Below, one piece after another: positions 20,021 through 29,986 of a DNA stretch of 64,000 bases; position 1 is the stretch's first letter; the number at the start of each line of letters is the position of its first letter. The notes below the pieces were generated by a model. The model was not told the origin of the DNA. It made no database searches and worked only from the letters and a program-made list of their open reading frames with translations. The translations under genes and the position numbers were made by a program. The stretch is from Candidatus Bathyarchaeota archaeon. GTDB taxonomy: Archaea > Thermoproteota > Bathyarchaeia > Bathyarchaeales > Bathycorpusculaceae. The stretch lies in the NCBI GenBank assembly GCA_963782525.1, contig CAWAKC010000010.1, positions 32,001 to 96,000 of the forward strand, given 5' to 3'.

Positions 20021-20851
20021 ATGAAAAACTGGAAAATAATAACATTCGTTAGTGTTGCAGCGATTGTAGCTGCATTGTTAGCTTCATCCGCGTTTGCCGC
20101 GGCCATGATGGGCGGCGGTGGTTACGGAGGCTATGGAGGCATGATGGGAGGAGGCTACGGCTATGGATACAACAATCCACCTTACTCAACAGGAGCAACT
20201 ATCTCAACAACACCTTCAGCTCAGTACTATCAGCCAGTTTATCCGATGATGTTCGGAGGCGGCATGATGGGACAATTTGGCAACGGCTACGGCTTTGGCG
20301 GAATGATGGGCCGCTATGGATATACAGCACCCTACACATACACCGGTTCAGCAATAACAATTACCCAAGCAGTGACAATAGCCCAAAACTATGTGTCCTC
20401 AATCGGCAACCCCGACTTAGCAGTTAAACAAGTGGAAGAGTACTCAGCGAACTTCTATGTCCAAGTTAATGAGAAAAGCACCGGCAACGGAGCGTTCGAG
20501 CTCTTAATCAACAAGTACACCGGCAGCATCTATCCTGAGATGGGTCCTAACATGATGTGGAACACAAAGTATGGCATGATGAGCGGCGGAATCTTGGGTG
20601 GAATCTTTGGAACTCCAACCACAACAATGCCTCTAACTTCGGTTCAAGCAACGAGTAACGCCCAGCAATGCCTGACTAGCTACCTGCCAGGAACAACTAC
20701 AGGTGACGTAGCAACATTCTACGGTTACTATACTATCGAAGTGCTTAACGGCGGAACAACCTACGGCATGTTAAGCGTTAATGGTTTCACTGGGCAAGTC
20801 TGGGTTCACACTTGGCATGGAACGTTTGTCCAAGAACAGCAGGTAAGCTAA
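20021..20851 (+). CDS. exported GMM-rich protein with PepSY-like domains
   Basis: Signal peptide, GGMMG repeats, GAFELLINKYTG..YPEMGPNMMWNTKYG and LSVNGFTGQVW.HTWHG. Confidence 0.85.
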   Translation: MKNWKIITFVSVAAIVAALLASSAFAAAMMGGGGYGGYGGMMGGGYGYGYNNPPYSTGATISTTPSAQYYQPVYPMMFGGGMMGQFGNGYGFGGMMGRYGYTAPYTYTGSAITITQAVTIAQNYVSSIGNPDLAVKQVEEYSANFYVQVNEKSTGNGAFELLINKYTGSIYPEMGPNMMWNTKYGMMSGGILGGIFGTPTTTMPLTSVQATSNAQQCLTSYLPGTTTGDVATFYGYYTIEVLNGGTTYGMLSVNGFTGQVWVHTWHGTFVQEQQVS

Positions 20852-20920
20852 GAAACCCTATCCTTTTCTTTTTTGTAATTTTATGTTTAGAATAATTGAA
20901 AACCTAAAGAGGCGAGAGCT

Positions 20921-21292
20921 ATGTTAGAATATTCAAATAAGCAGGTAACTGAAATGTCGAAATCAACCTTTGATGTGTCAATATATGAGTTGCAAGCGGA
21001 AATTTCAAAGACGCTATCGCATCCTCTGAGGATTGCAATTATCCATTATCTAAAAGATGGCGAAAAAACAGTAAATGAGCTTACCCAAACATTGGGCGCT
21101 AGTCAATCTAACGTATCTCAGCATTTAGCGATAATGAGGCAAAGGCAAATTGTTAAAACTAGAAAAGAGGGTTCAACTGTTTATTATCGAGTTGCCAGCC
21201 CAAAGATTAGCCAAGCTTGTGACATGGTTCGAGAGGTACTCATAGAACAGCTCAGCCAAAGACAAGAAATTGCGAAAACTTTCTCACCATAA
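20921..21292 (+). CDS. ArsR/SmtB family transcription regulator
   Basis: LSHPLR, SQSNVSQHL, RKEG..VYY motifs. Confidence 0.92.
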   Translation: MLEYSNKQVTEMSKSTFDVSIYELQAEISKTLSHPLRIAIIHYLKDGEKTVNELTQTLGASQSNVSQHLAIMRQRQIVKTRKEGSTVYYRVASPKISQACDMVREVLIEQLSQRQEIAKTFSP

Positions 21293-21304
21293 GAGGAATT
21301 GAAA

Positions 21305-21478
21305 ATGTGTCCGTTTGGTTTTGGATGCGGTTGCGGTGGAGGATCCAACAAAGGAAAGAGAGAAGTCACTCGCGAGGTAATTCGTGAAGTTGTGATGATT
21401 CCTTGCAAATACTGTGGAGCTCTCTTTCAACAAACAGCAACCTTTTGCCCTCATTGCGGAGCAAAGAGAACTGTTTAA
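21305..21478 (+). CDS. small zinc-ribbon protein (57 aa, not in ORF track)
   Basis: MCPFGFGCGC...PCKYCG...FCPHCG; GAGG SD; directly after arsR. Confidence 0.8.
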   Translation: MCPFGFGCGCGGGSNKGKREVTREVIREVVMIPCKYCGALFQQTATFCPHCGAKRTV

Positions 21479-21500
21479 CAACTAAAGAATATAACATATA

Positions 21501-22235
21501 ATGGGAGATTTTCATTTGTCCAAATTAAAACTCTTAACAGCCCTTTTGTCAGTTGCGCTTTTGGCATCGTTCGTATTTCCTGTTTTAGGTCTAACATACA
21601 ATCCAGGGGTTGTGTCGGGGCAATATGTAAAATATGGCAATTTTGTTGGGGTCGGTCAAGGGGTTGAGTCTTTCAATGATTATGATTGGCTAAAGCTACT
21701 GGTGACTGATGTTTCTGGAAAATCGGTCACTTTGCTTTCAACTAGCCAATATAAGAACGGGACAGCTATCGCCGGCAATGGTACCGTTTCAGTTTGGAAC
21801 ATTGAAACAGGAACACAAGACGGCGTTCCAAGTACTCAAGGTCCAATCATACCTTCAAACCTGAATCAAGGCGACCCAATACCGCCACCTAACACCTATG
21901 CCGTTAACAGAACTGAGAGTCGAACGTACCTGGGTGTTAGCCGAACTGTGAATATTCTTGATGCTTCACTTTCAACGCCCAGTTATAACGTAACTGTGAC
22001 TTACGTTTATGACAAAGCTTCCGGAATGCTGTTAGAGTCAACCACTCAAACAACAACTCAAGCGGACCCTCAACCTGTTGTAACAACAATTTCCTATAGC
22101 GTAATTGAAACGAACATTTTTGGTTCAGGGAATCCTTCGCCTTCTGTTCCAGAGTTTCCCATAGCCATCGTAGTTGTTGTTATCGTTGTTATAGTAGGCG
22201 TTGCTGCAGCGCTCATCCTATTCAAGAAAAAATAA
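21501..22235 (+). CDS. surface protein with PEF-type C-terminal sorting signal
   Basis: Signal peptide; C-terminal VPEFP + TM + KKK. Confidence 0.85.
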   Translation: MGDFHLSKLKLLTALLSVALLASFVFPVLGLTYNPGVVSGQYVKYGNFVGVGQGVESFNDYDWLKLLVTDVSGKSVTLLSTSQYKNGTAIAGNGTVSVWNIETGTQDGVPSTQGPIIPSNLNQGDPIPPPNTYAVNRTESRTYLGVSRTVNILDASLSTPSYNVTVTYVYDKASGMLLESTTQTTTQADPQPVVTTISYSVIETNIFGSGNPSPSVPEFPIAIVVVVIVVIVGVAAALILFKKK

Positions 22236-22357
22236 AAACCCATCAGTCATATTTTCACTTTTTGTCCCAAACATTAACTGCAAAATTAGTTAGCCTCAAC
22301 ACTTCAACTTTACTGTACTTTTCATAAATTGATTAGCAAATTTTATGAATCAAAGAC

Positions 22358-22835
22358 CTATCCGCTATAGGTCAGGTCAATTTGAATGAAAACTGTTTTA
22401 TCTCCTATACTTCCACTGCCGAACATTATAAAATAATTTCCGCTTGATAAGGTAACGTTGAGGTTGCCTGATGCCATGGGGAACAGGTCTTTGTTATAAC
22501 ATGGGCTGGAATTATGACCGCTTAAGTAATTGATGAATTCCTTTTAACTCCATACTGTTACTACTACGTTGTTATTTGTGCTGTTGCCAGTCGAAGTGAA
22601 GTTTCCTTGAAGAACTGGATTTAAGGCGTTTTCTGGAACATTAAAACCCGTGAAGTAGTCACCAGTGGGATTTGATGTTTGGGTTGCTGCTGTTTGCTGT
22701 GGTGCCGCTTAGTATGGCTGAAGTTAGGATTGCTGTGATCATGACTGCGACTATGACTTCTAAAGCCAAGTTTCTAGCAAAATGACTTTTAGGTTTACTC
22801 TGGGTCTGTGTTGGTGATGCTTGGAATGCTAACAT
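22358..22835 (-). pseudogene. decayed membrane-anchored exported protein
   Basis: N-terminal TM, then a frameshift and an in-frame TAA (FNVPENALNPVLQGNF...VWS*KEF). Confidence 0.6.
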
Positions 22836-23018
22836 TTTGAATCCTGAAAGGTATCAATGGTTAATTGCCAAATTGAGTTCTTGCACGTCTAGATTAGTTC
22901 ACGCAATCCGAAAAAGGTTAAAACTAAGTACTAACAACTTGATGTTCCACTTTTGGAACAATTTGTTCCATAGATAGAACTAAATTTTACTTACAGCAAA
23001 GATATTTCAGGTGGAACA

Positions 23019-23795
23019 ATAAACAAATCAGGGCTTTCAAACGGGCTCTCAAAAAAACGAGCTATAAGCATTATCGGGATATTGGTAGGAATATTATTTC
23101 TTGCAGTACTTGTTAGTCTTAGTTGGAATGGTTTTTTCCAATCAAATAATCAAACTAATAATAATCCAACACTAGCGTCTACACCCTTTGATTATAACTT
23201 GAGCGTCCTGAAACTGGACTCTATAGTTATGCAAGGCAATACTGTTCCGATTGATATCGTCATAACCTACGCTCAAGGCTCACCTGAAAAGGTATTATTG
23301 AATGCAACAGGCATATCCAAAGAAGCAAACTATAGCTTTACTCAAGTAGAAGGCGCACCAACAAACAACAGTTCCTTTAACAGTACCTTAACAATACTTG
23401 TTACAGAATTCATGCTTTCAGACCAATATAACATAACAATAACCTCTACTGCAACCAATGGAAAGACGTACTCCTCACATTATGATTTAACGGTTATAAA
23501 CTCCAAGATTTCAGTTTCAGGTACAGTCACCACAAACAAGGGAAGAATACCAACACAGATAATCTTTGAGCAAATGTCAGGTTCAGGTTCGTTAACAGGC
23601 AAAGTTTACAGTTCATCGATTGTTTCAGGTACTTATTCTGTGGTTCTTCCAAACAAAGAGTTTTTTGCAGTAAGCGTCAATTGGGAAAGCCCTGACGGAA
23701 CTTCTGGAATACAGTATTTTATTCAACCATACGGAACAAATGCTGGAGTCGGTGTAAATTCAATAATCTGCCCATTCGAATGGGAAACTGCTTGA
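23019..23795 (+). CDS. membrane-anchored beta-sandwich (Ig-like) surface protein
   Basis: N-terminal TM and Ser/Thr/Asn-rich beta strands; frame is open back to an ATA at 23019 after an AGGTGG SD (ORF track starts at TTG 23082). Confidence 0.75.
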   Translation: MNKSGLSNGLSKKRAISIIGILVGILFLAVLVSLSWNGFFQSNNQTNNNPTLASTPFDYNLSVLKLDSIVMQGNTVPIDIVITYAQGSPEKVLLNATGISKEANYSFTQVEGAPTNNSSFNSTLTILVTEFMLSDQYNITITSTATNGKTYSSHYDLTVINSKISVSGTVTTNKGRIPTQIIFEQMSGSGSLTGKVYSSSIVSGTYSVVLPNKEFFAVSVNWESPDGTSGIQYFIQPYGTNAGVGVNSIICPFEWETA

Positions 23796-23915
23796 TTAAA
23801 CTTAGGAATTCGAACAGAAACACGGTACACCCAACCGTGGGAAAAGGACAACTTTTCGGCATTACCTTCTCATTTTTGTTTTTCAGCTTCTCCCCAAGTA
23901 TCCACACAAAAACCC

Positions 23916-23937
23916 GTGAGAGCCCAATGCCAACCTC
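23916..23937. repeat. 22-bp dispersed repeat GTGAGWGCCCAATGCCAACCTC, copy A
   Basis: 21/22 identical to 25578-25599. Confidence 0.8.
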
Positions 23938-24075
23938 GTTTCTTCGCAACATGCTCCAAACTCCTTCTCCAATCGCGTACTGCAAAAAAGGTCAAGATGT
24001 GTTATGGGCAGAACTACATTTCGAAACGCTTTTTTTCAAACTACCCGAGTAGAAAAAGAGTTGTTTCATAGCAAC

Positions 24076-25417
24076 TTAAATTGTAACATCTTTGAAATGC
24101 ACCCAATCGCCTTTTATCCAGTCAAAGTATTCATCAGTATAATTCACGAGCTTTAAAAAAATGCGAGAGAGAAGAACGTATAAACCATTGAATGCTTTGG
24201 CTAGCTCATCAACGTTCTTGTAGTTACCGACATGAGTAATTTCATTTCTTATTTTTATGATTGTATTTACGTCTCCTATAAGATCGTTATATTTAATTCC
24301 TAAATGCTCTAACAAAGAGACTATTCCAGCGCCAATCGAGCGTCTATTTAGGCCATTAAGCTTCATGTAAATCTCAGACCGTTGGCTAGCTTCAAGACCT
24401 AAATTAATCATATAATCTCTTGAGTAATTATGTAACATAGGAACAAATTGTTTCTCAAAGACATCCTGATTCATAGTGAACTCAGTTCCACTCTTGGCTT
24501 GATATCGATCAACTAACAATTCAAGGCACGTGCATGCCATTAAGTACTTAGATTCTAAAACAGATGCTATATTTGCTTCTAAATACCATTCTAAAGCAAT
24601 TCTGAAATCATAGTTTTCGTTTAGTTCTTTTTCTCTTCCTTTATACCCCGAGTAGGCTGAAGAATAAAACAAATGAGAATGAGCGGGATTAGTTAAACCT
24701 CTAAAGTGTGGAATCTTTTCTTTGGGAGATTTCATTTTTTGGAGGACTATTTTGTGTTGGTCTGTCTCTTCAATTTTTTGATAGATGTTAATAGAACACC
24801 AATCATTAAAGCATGTATCAGCAAGTCTAGAGATACAAAGAAAGCCTTCAATAATCTCAATTGATTTTGAAAGCAGATCACTGAAAGTATTAAATTTCTT
24901 ATTTATAGAAATGTCAGCTATTGCGGTTATTCCAGAGATATTTAGTAACTTTATTGATCTAAGCAAGTCCTCATGATTCTTAATCGGGTTTAGATTTAAT
25001 GTACCTATTTCAGTATCAACTTTTACTCTGAAGGTATAATCCACATTAAGGCGCGCTGCTCTAACTACTATTTCATTTTTTGGAGCATCTTTCATTTTGG
25101 AGCCATTAAAGAATGACTTGATATGCGACAAATCCACCTGATAATGGTTCATCGCCAAAGTGCAAGCTGTTTAAAAGCCATTGTTCGATAACAATTTCAT
25201 CGCCATTCTTATTCATCCCTTTTAATTTATAGTACTTAGGTGAACGAAATAAATTGTCCACCTTCGAATAATTCTGGGAAGATGTTTTAATTGTTCCAAT
25301 TATTTGACCGTTTTGCATTTGTTTAAATTCAAATTTTGTCTCTAAAGTTTCGGATTCAAAAATCATTTCACCAGTGCATTCGTGCTCAGTAACTGGTGAA
25401 AGTAATATTTCAGCCAT
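24076..25417 (-). pseudogene. ApeA-like HEPN domain protein split by a +1 frameshift (ORFs 25106-25417 and 24076-25158)
   Basis: C-terminal RNEITH (RxxxxH) HEPN motif, ALEWY..A and LELL helices, AT-rich; junction CTT TAA T. Confidence 0.65.
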
Positions 25418-25567
25418 GATTATCGCTTACAAATAGTTATGAATTTGGTTTTATGTTTTTGCTTGGGTCTGTTGTTTTTTATGATATAGAAAAATAATCT
25501 TCAGTTAATTGTATTAGTTAAACTTGTTTTTCTTTGTCTCTTCTTCACTTAAACCCCACGCTTCAGC

Positions 25568-25599
25568 TGTGAAGCTAGTGAGTGCCCAATGCCAACCTC
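25568..25599. repeat. dispersed repeat, copy B
   Basis: Matches 23916-23937 (21/22) and 14961-14992 (24/32). Confidence 0.75.
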
Positions 25600-25852
25600 T
25601 TTTTTCGGCTTCGAAAGCTTTAGAAAATGTTTAGTTTGTCTGTTCAATTCAATTTGAACATTGTTCAAAAGAATAGGCTGGCTTTTCTGCTGAATTTCAA
25701 CCAAACGGAACCTTGCTTAATATTGGTATACCAAGTTGAGGCTATCTTCCACTATATGCATGCAATATTTACAAAATAACTCATTATCTTTTTTTTCCTT
25801 GATTGCTTCTTGGTTTCGCTTAGCAGGATCACGTTATTTTATCCTAACTTGT

Positions 25853-25901
25853 AAGAAGAAGAACGGCTGTTCCCTGAAAATTTTGTTCTTCATCTTTCAA
25901 C
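25853..25901. repeat. (GAA)n...(TTC)n hairpin unit related to the 6.1-6.4 kb array
   Basis: AAGAAGAAGAAC-N20-GTTCTTCATCTT followed by TCAAC. Confidence 0.6.
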
Positions 25902-26193
25902 AATCCAATTGGTTTAACCGAGAGAAGAAGACAAGGGCTACATGCGATCACTGCAGCAAGAATTGATGACAGGCGCCTAATCAACCGCAGGCGTAGAAGT
26001 TGTTGCTGCTGCTGATGCTGATGCAAACCAATTTTGCACAACAACAATTTGCATCTATCAAAGAGTAACCGCTTCAAAACGGATATGGAAAAGAAAGTTA
26101 ATTCTTCAAACAACCAAAACCGCCTATACGATTTATTACCATACTCTTTGGCAGTGAGTTTGACTTATATTCACAGATTCTTTAATAGGAGTT

Positions 26194-26694
26194 ATGAAAA
26201 AACTGTGGCTGCTCTTTGCGTTAATTATTGTTGTGGCAAGCCAAGTTGCTGTTCTATCTTCATTTCATTCTTTTAATGTTAACACTTGGGCAGTTGATTC
26301 AACTACTGTGGTGATTTCAAAGGCTGGTTATGCTCATCTTAGAGTTGAAATTGACATAATCCCTCAAATTCTCAATGGACAAACTAATACGACGCTGATA
26401 TTTCCAAACGGCACCTCAACAAAAGTCCCTGTTGTAGCGCATTACAAATTCTCAGTTATCCTTCCAAGCACTGGGCCATTTACAGGAAGTTTTGGACTTC
26501 AAACTGAAGGAATTAACATTTCAGATAATCATCCAATAGACGTAGAGTTCGTATCAAATAACAGCACAAATCTTCAACAGGTTCTCTCCCAATATCAAAC
26601 TTATCCCGGATTTTCGTCAGGAATTTCAGTCTACTGGTTTATCGTTCAAGGAAACGCACAAGTAAGCATTCAAGGGTATGGTGTGGCACTTTGA
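26194..26694 (+). CDS. exported/membrane-anchored hypothetical protein
   Basis: Signal/TM N-terminus, AGGAG SD, overlaps the next gene. Confidence 0.8.
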   Translation: MKKLWLLFALIIVVASQVAVLSSFHSFNVNTWAVDSTTVVISKAGYAHLRVEIDIIPQILNGQTNTTLIFPNGTSTKVPVVAHYKFSVILPSTGPFTGSFGLQTEGINISDNHPIDVEFVSNNSTNLQQVLSQYQTYPGFSSGISVYWFIVQGNAQVSIQGYGVAL

Positions 26695-27359
26695 CAGAAG
26701 AGAACCTTACAGGCAAAATGACTGAGTTTATGACGGCGTTAGATCAGGTTAAAGCATACCGAGAACTCACCAGCGCTATGGCAGATTTTGTAATAATAGT
26801 TGTAGCCTCGGTAATTACTTTAGAAGCAGTAAACATTATCATTAATTTACTAGATGTTTTTTATGGATATAGCATTGTTTATCCAGGAATTTCACTTGTG
26901 CTTCCTTCTTACAGCGCCATAATTCTTTTTTTTGGAGTAATTGCAGGCGTTTTATGGATTCGACGAAAATTGAGTTCCGTAAAAATTATGCAGTGGAAAA
27001 GCACACTGGACGAGGGAACTCCAGGAGCGCTAAAACTGTTTCAAGAAACAAACTGGGAAAAAACCTTTAATGATATCAGGTTTGCAAAAACTGGACTGGT
27101 AATTTACGGAGCTGTGAAGGTAATGGCTTACTGGGTATTGGCTTTCTTTTTCTTCGGCGTTTTGGTAGGGTTGATCCAAAATACTCTCCATCTAAGTATT
27201 GATCCTATTTCGATGGTTGTGATTCCGCTATTTCTTGTTTTGGCCCTAAGCATGAAAGACCTTCGTTACCGTTATGACCAGGTTGGGCGTCTTGATTCGC
27301 TTCTTTGGGAGCTTCGGTGGTTTGATAATGAATTCAGGAGAGCCGATTTCCAAGCCTGA
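26691..27359 (+). CDS. 4-TM membrane protein
   Basis: Four hydrophobic helices, translationally coupled to neighbours. Confidence 0.8.
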   Translation: MTEENLTGKMTEFMTALDQVKAYRELTSAMADFVIIVVASVITLEAVNIIINLLDVFYGYSIVYPGISLVLPSYSAIILFFGVIAGVLWIRRKLSSVKIMQWKSTLDEGTPGALKLFQETNWEKTFNDIRFAKTGLVIYGAVKVMAYWVLAFFFFGVLVGLIQNTLHLSIDPISMVVIPLFLVLALSMKDLRYRYDQVGRLDSLLWELRWFDNEFRRADFQA

Positions 27360-27612
27360 CCTCTACGTCTTAGCAAGGGTCATTAAGACGCTAAAAGAGA
27401 AAAACCGGATGAATAAAACCGCTCTTGCCACCGCCACAGGTTTGTCATATGATCGACTCGCTAAATACCTAGTTTGGATGGCGGATAAGGGGTTTATTGA
27501 CTTTGATTCAAACGATGACGTTGTACTTACGAAACTGGGCACTGAAACCTACGACCAACTGGTAAAATGGATTCTTCAACACATTGGAAAAGTGCGCTTT
27601 CAAAAAATTTAG
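27328..27612 (+). CDS. winged-helix DNA-binding protein
   Basis: NKTALATATGLSYDRL.KYL.W and LT.LG wing. Confidence 0.85.
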   Translation: MNSGEPISKPDLYVLARVIKTLKEKNRMNKTALATATGLSYDRLAKYLVWMADKGFIDFDSNDDVVLTKLGTETYDQLVKWILQHIGKVRFQKI

Positions 27613-27633
27613 CACAAAAGAAAATTGCTAACA

Positions 27634-28110
27634 TTAATGCAGCTTTAAGACTAACGTTGCAACTCTTCTGCCCAACTCCTCGCAATCCACAAGATCTTCT
27701 TTACTTGGTGCACCCATAACCGCAACTCCATAATGTGCATCGTCAGCTCTGCCCTGAACAATCATCCCATGGATAAGCATAGCATGCACAATTGAGAGCA
27801 GCGTGGTTTCGGCTCCGGAAGCGGTTCCACCGCTGCTTGTAAATGCGCCGCCTACTTTGCCGCCTAATTGTTTGTGGACCTGTTCGGATCGATCGATTAA
27901 TGCTTTAAGTTTAGCGGACATTTGCCCGAAATATGTTGGTGACCCCATGATTATGCCGTTAGCGGCGAGCAAATCACTCGGTTTTGTTTCTGCAGCTTTT
28001 TTCACCATAACTTCCAAATTGCCTGCTTGCTCTGCTCCCTTCGCCACCGCTAACGCCATTTTTTCCGTGTTTCCAGAATTAGAATCATAAACAACCAGTA
28101 TTTTCGCCAT
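27634..28110 (-). CDS. flavodoxin/WrbA-like NAD(P)H-dependent oxidoreductase
   Basis: YDSNSGNTEKMA, GSPTYFG, GGAFTSSG. Confidence 0.92.
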   Translation of the reverse strand: MAKILVVYDSNSGNTEKMALAVAKGAEQAGNLEVMVKKAAETKPSDLLAANGIIMGSPTYFGQMSAKLKALIDRSEQVHKQLGGKVGGAFTSSGGTASGAETTLLSIVHAMLIHGMIVQGRADDAHYGVAVMGAPSKEDLVDCEELGRRVATLVLKLH

Positions 28111-28114
28111 AATC

Positions 28115-28681
28115 TCACTTCACAATTTCCCGTATTATCTCGTTAGTCTCCATTATCTTTGCGTTGTAAACGTACTCTAAATACTTTAGCCCTTGCTCGT
28201 GCTCTTCAACCGTGAACGCTTCCACACTGTCTTTTGCGATTATGATTTGGTAACCTCTGAAAAACGCATCTGCCGACGTGTGCCTTATGCACATGTTCGT
28301 ATGTAAGCCGCCGAGAACGACGGTTTTAACGCCTTCTCCTTTGTAGAGGCTTCTCAATAATGGGTCTAAACCTGTCTCATAAAAGCCGCTGTAGGTTCGT
28401 TTTTCAACGATGTAGTCTTTGCCTTCTTCAGGTTTAAGTTCTGCAATAACCTGGGCGCCCTGTGTGCCTTTTATGGCGTGGTTGCCCCATTTCCTAACTA
28501 CCTCAACATCCTGAGGATAATGGGCATCGATACTATAGATAACGGGGACATCGTTTTTTCTTGCTGCCACAACGAGCTGCTGTAACGGCTCAACAATGGC
28601 GATGCTTCTTTTGATTTTAAGGGGACCAGTGAAAAAATCGTTTTGCACATCCACAAGTATAACTGCTGGATTATTAATCAT
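28115..28681 (-). CDS. isochorismatase/nicotinamidase family cysteine hydrolase
   Basis: VDVQNDF, K.TYSGF, GLHTNMC triad. Confidence 0.92.
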   Translation of the reverse strand: MINNPAVILVDVQNDFFTGPLKIKRSIAIVEPLQQLVVAARKNDVPVIYSIDAHYPQDVEVVRKWGNHAIKGTQGAQVIAELKPEEGKDYIVEKRTYSGFYETGLDPLLRSLYKGEGVKTVVLGGLHTNMCIRHTSADAFFRGYQIIIAKDSVEAFTVEEHEQGLKYLEYVYNAKIMETNEIIREIVK

Positions 28682-28729
28682 AAAAACACTCTCAACTAGA
28701 AAAGACGCGTAGATGCTAATTTAGTTTAC

Positions 28730-29782
28730 TTAAGGCAAGCAGGGTCCAGCAGTCAGGACTTCAGCGCCGTTTTTCGTGACAAGCACTGTGTCTTCGATTC
28801 GAACCCCACCTAACCCAGGCACGTAGATTCCTGGCTCATCAGTTACCACGTTTCCAATTGCCAAGATGTCTTTGCTGTCAGGGCTCAAAATTGGTGCTTC
28901 ATGAACTTCCAAACCGACTCCGTGACCCAGGTTATGGACAAAGAAATCGCCAAACCCAGCCTCCTCAATCACACACCTACCTGCTCTATCCACTTCACAT
29001 GCAGCAACTTGGGGGTTAATGGCTTCAAGAGCTTTTTCATGGGCAAGCTTTACCGCGTCATAGATTACTGCTTGATGGTAGGTTGCTTTGCTGGCGATGA
29101 AGGTTCGAGTGAGGTCTGAGCAGTAGAATTTGTGGGTTGCTCCTATGTCTACTATGACGAAGTCGCCGTCTCGAATGGTTCGCTCAAGGTTGCTGCCATG
29201 AGGATACGCCGAAGTTGCGCCCGAAGCCACGATGGTTTCAAACGCTACTCCGTCAGAGCCCGCTTTGCGCATGGCGTATTCGATTTCCGCTGCAGCGTCC
29301 TTTTCTTTTGTTCCAAGCCACATGATTTCTTTAGCAGTTTTCATCCCAATTGTTGCCAGCCTGCAGGCTTCTCGGATTAGTTTGATTTCTTCAGCATCTT
29401 TAACACTGCGTAGCTCTCGGATTATACCGCTGATTGATTCAAGTTTTTCTTCTCCGCCTACTGCGCTGGCCAGAGCACGCCAACTTTCAACTGGTAAGGA
29501 ATCTGCAGAGAATTTTTTGTTTGGGGTTTGTTTGGCGATTTTTTCCATGAGGTTTTCGCCCCGTTTCAGAAGTTCAACATTAACGTCTTTTGCTTCGGCT
29601 TTTGCCTGTTCGTAGTTCACTCCTGAAACATACAGAATTGATTCGCCTTGTTCGGGAATTAGCAGGGCGGTTGCACCTGAGAAGTTGGTGAAATAGGTTA
29701 AGTTGGATTGGTTGAAGATTACAAAGTTTGTTGGTTTGCCCTGTTTTTGGGCTGCTTGTTTTAGGTTGTCGGTTCGCTTCAC
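28730..29782 (-). CDS. pepQ: Xaa-Pro peptidase (M24B)
   Basis: DIGA, SDLTRT, HNLGHGVGLEVHE, EPGIY, GVRIED. Confidence 0.92.
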   Translation of the reverse strand: MKRTDNLKQAAQKQGKPTNFVIFNQSNLTYFTNFSGATALLIPEQGESILYVSGVNYEQAKAEAKDVNVELLKRGENLMEKIAKQTPNKKFSADSLPVESWRALASAVGGEEKLESISGIIRELRSVKDAEEIKLIREACRLATIGMKTAKEIMWLGTKEKDAAAEIEYAMRKAGSDGVAFETIVASGATSAYPHGSNLERTIRDGDFVIVDIGATHKFYCSDLTRTFIASKATYHQAVIYDAVKLAHEKALEAINPQVAACEVDRAGRCVIEEAGFGDFFVHNLGHGVGLEVHEAPILSPDSKDILAIGNVVTDEPGIYVPGLGGVRIEDTVLVTKNGAEVLTAGPCLP

Positions 29783-29925
29783 TTTTTTCGCCTTCTTTAT
29801 GGGATTGGTTCGTTCGGGTTTAAGTTTTCGCTTCTTTAAGCGGTTTAGGGTGTTTTGTTGCGTAGATTATTGCGTTATGTAACAAAAGACAGGTCGTATT
29901 TTACCGTGTTTTTTTAACCCAAATG

Positions 29926-29941
29926 CCATTAACTTAATATA
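29926..29941 (+). promoter_or_regulatory. promoter element shared by both aor genes
   Basis: CCATTAACTTAATATA is identical at 33209-33224. Confidence 0.65.
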
Positions 29942-29986
29942 GTTTTCACTTGCCTTCTAAGATTAACCAACATTGAGGAAAAAAGC

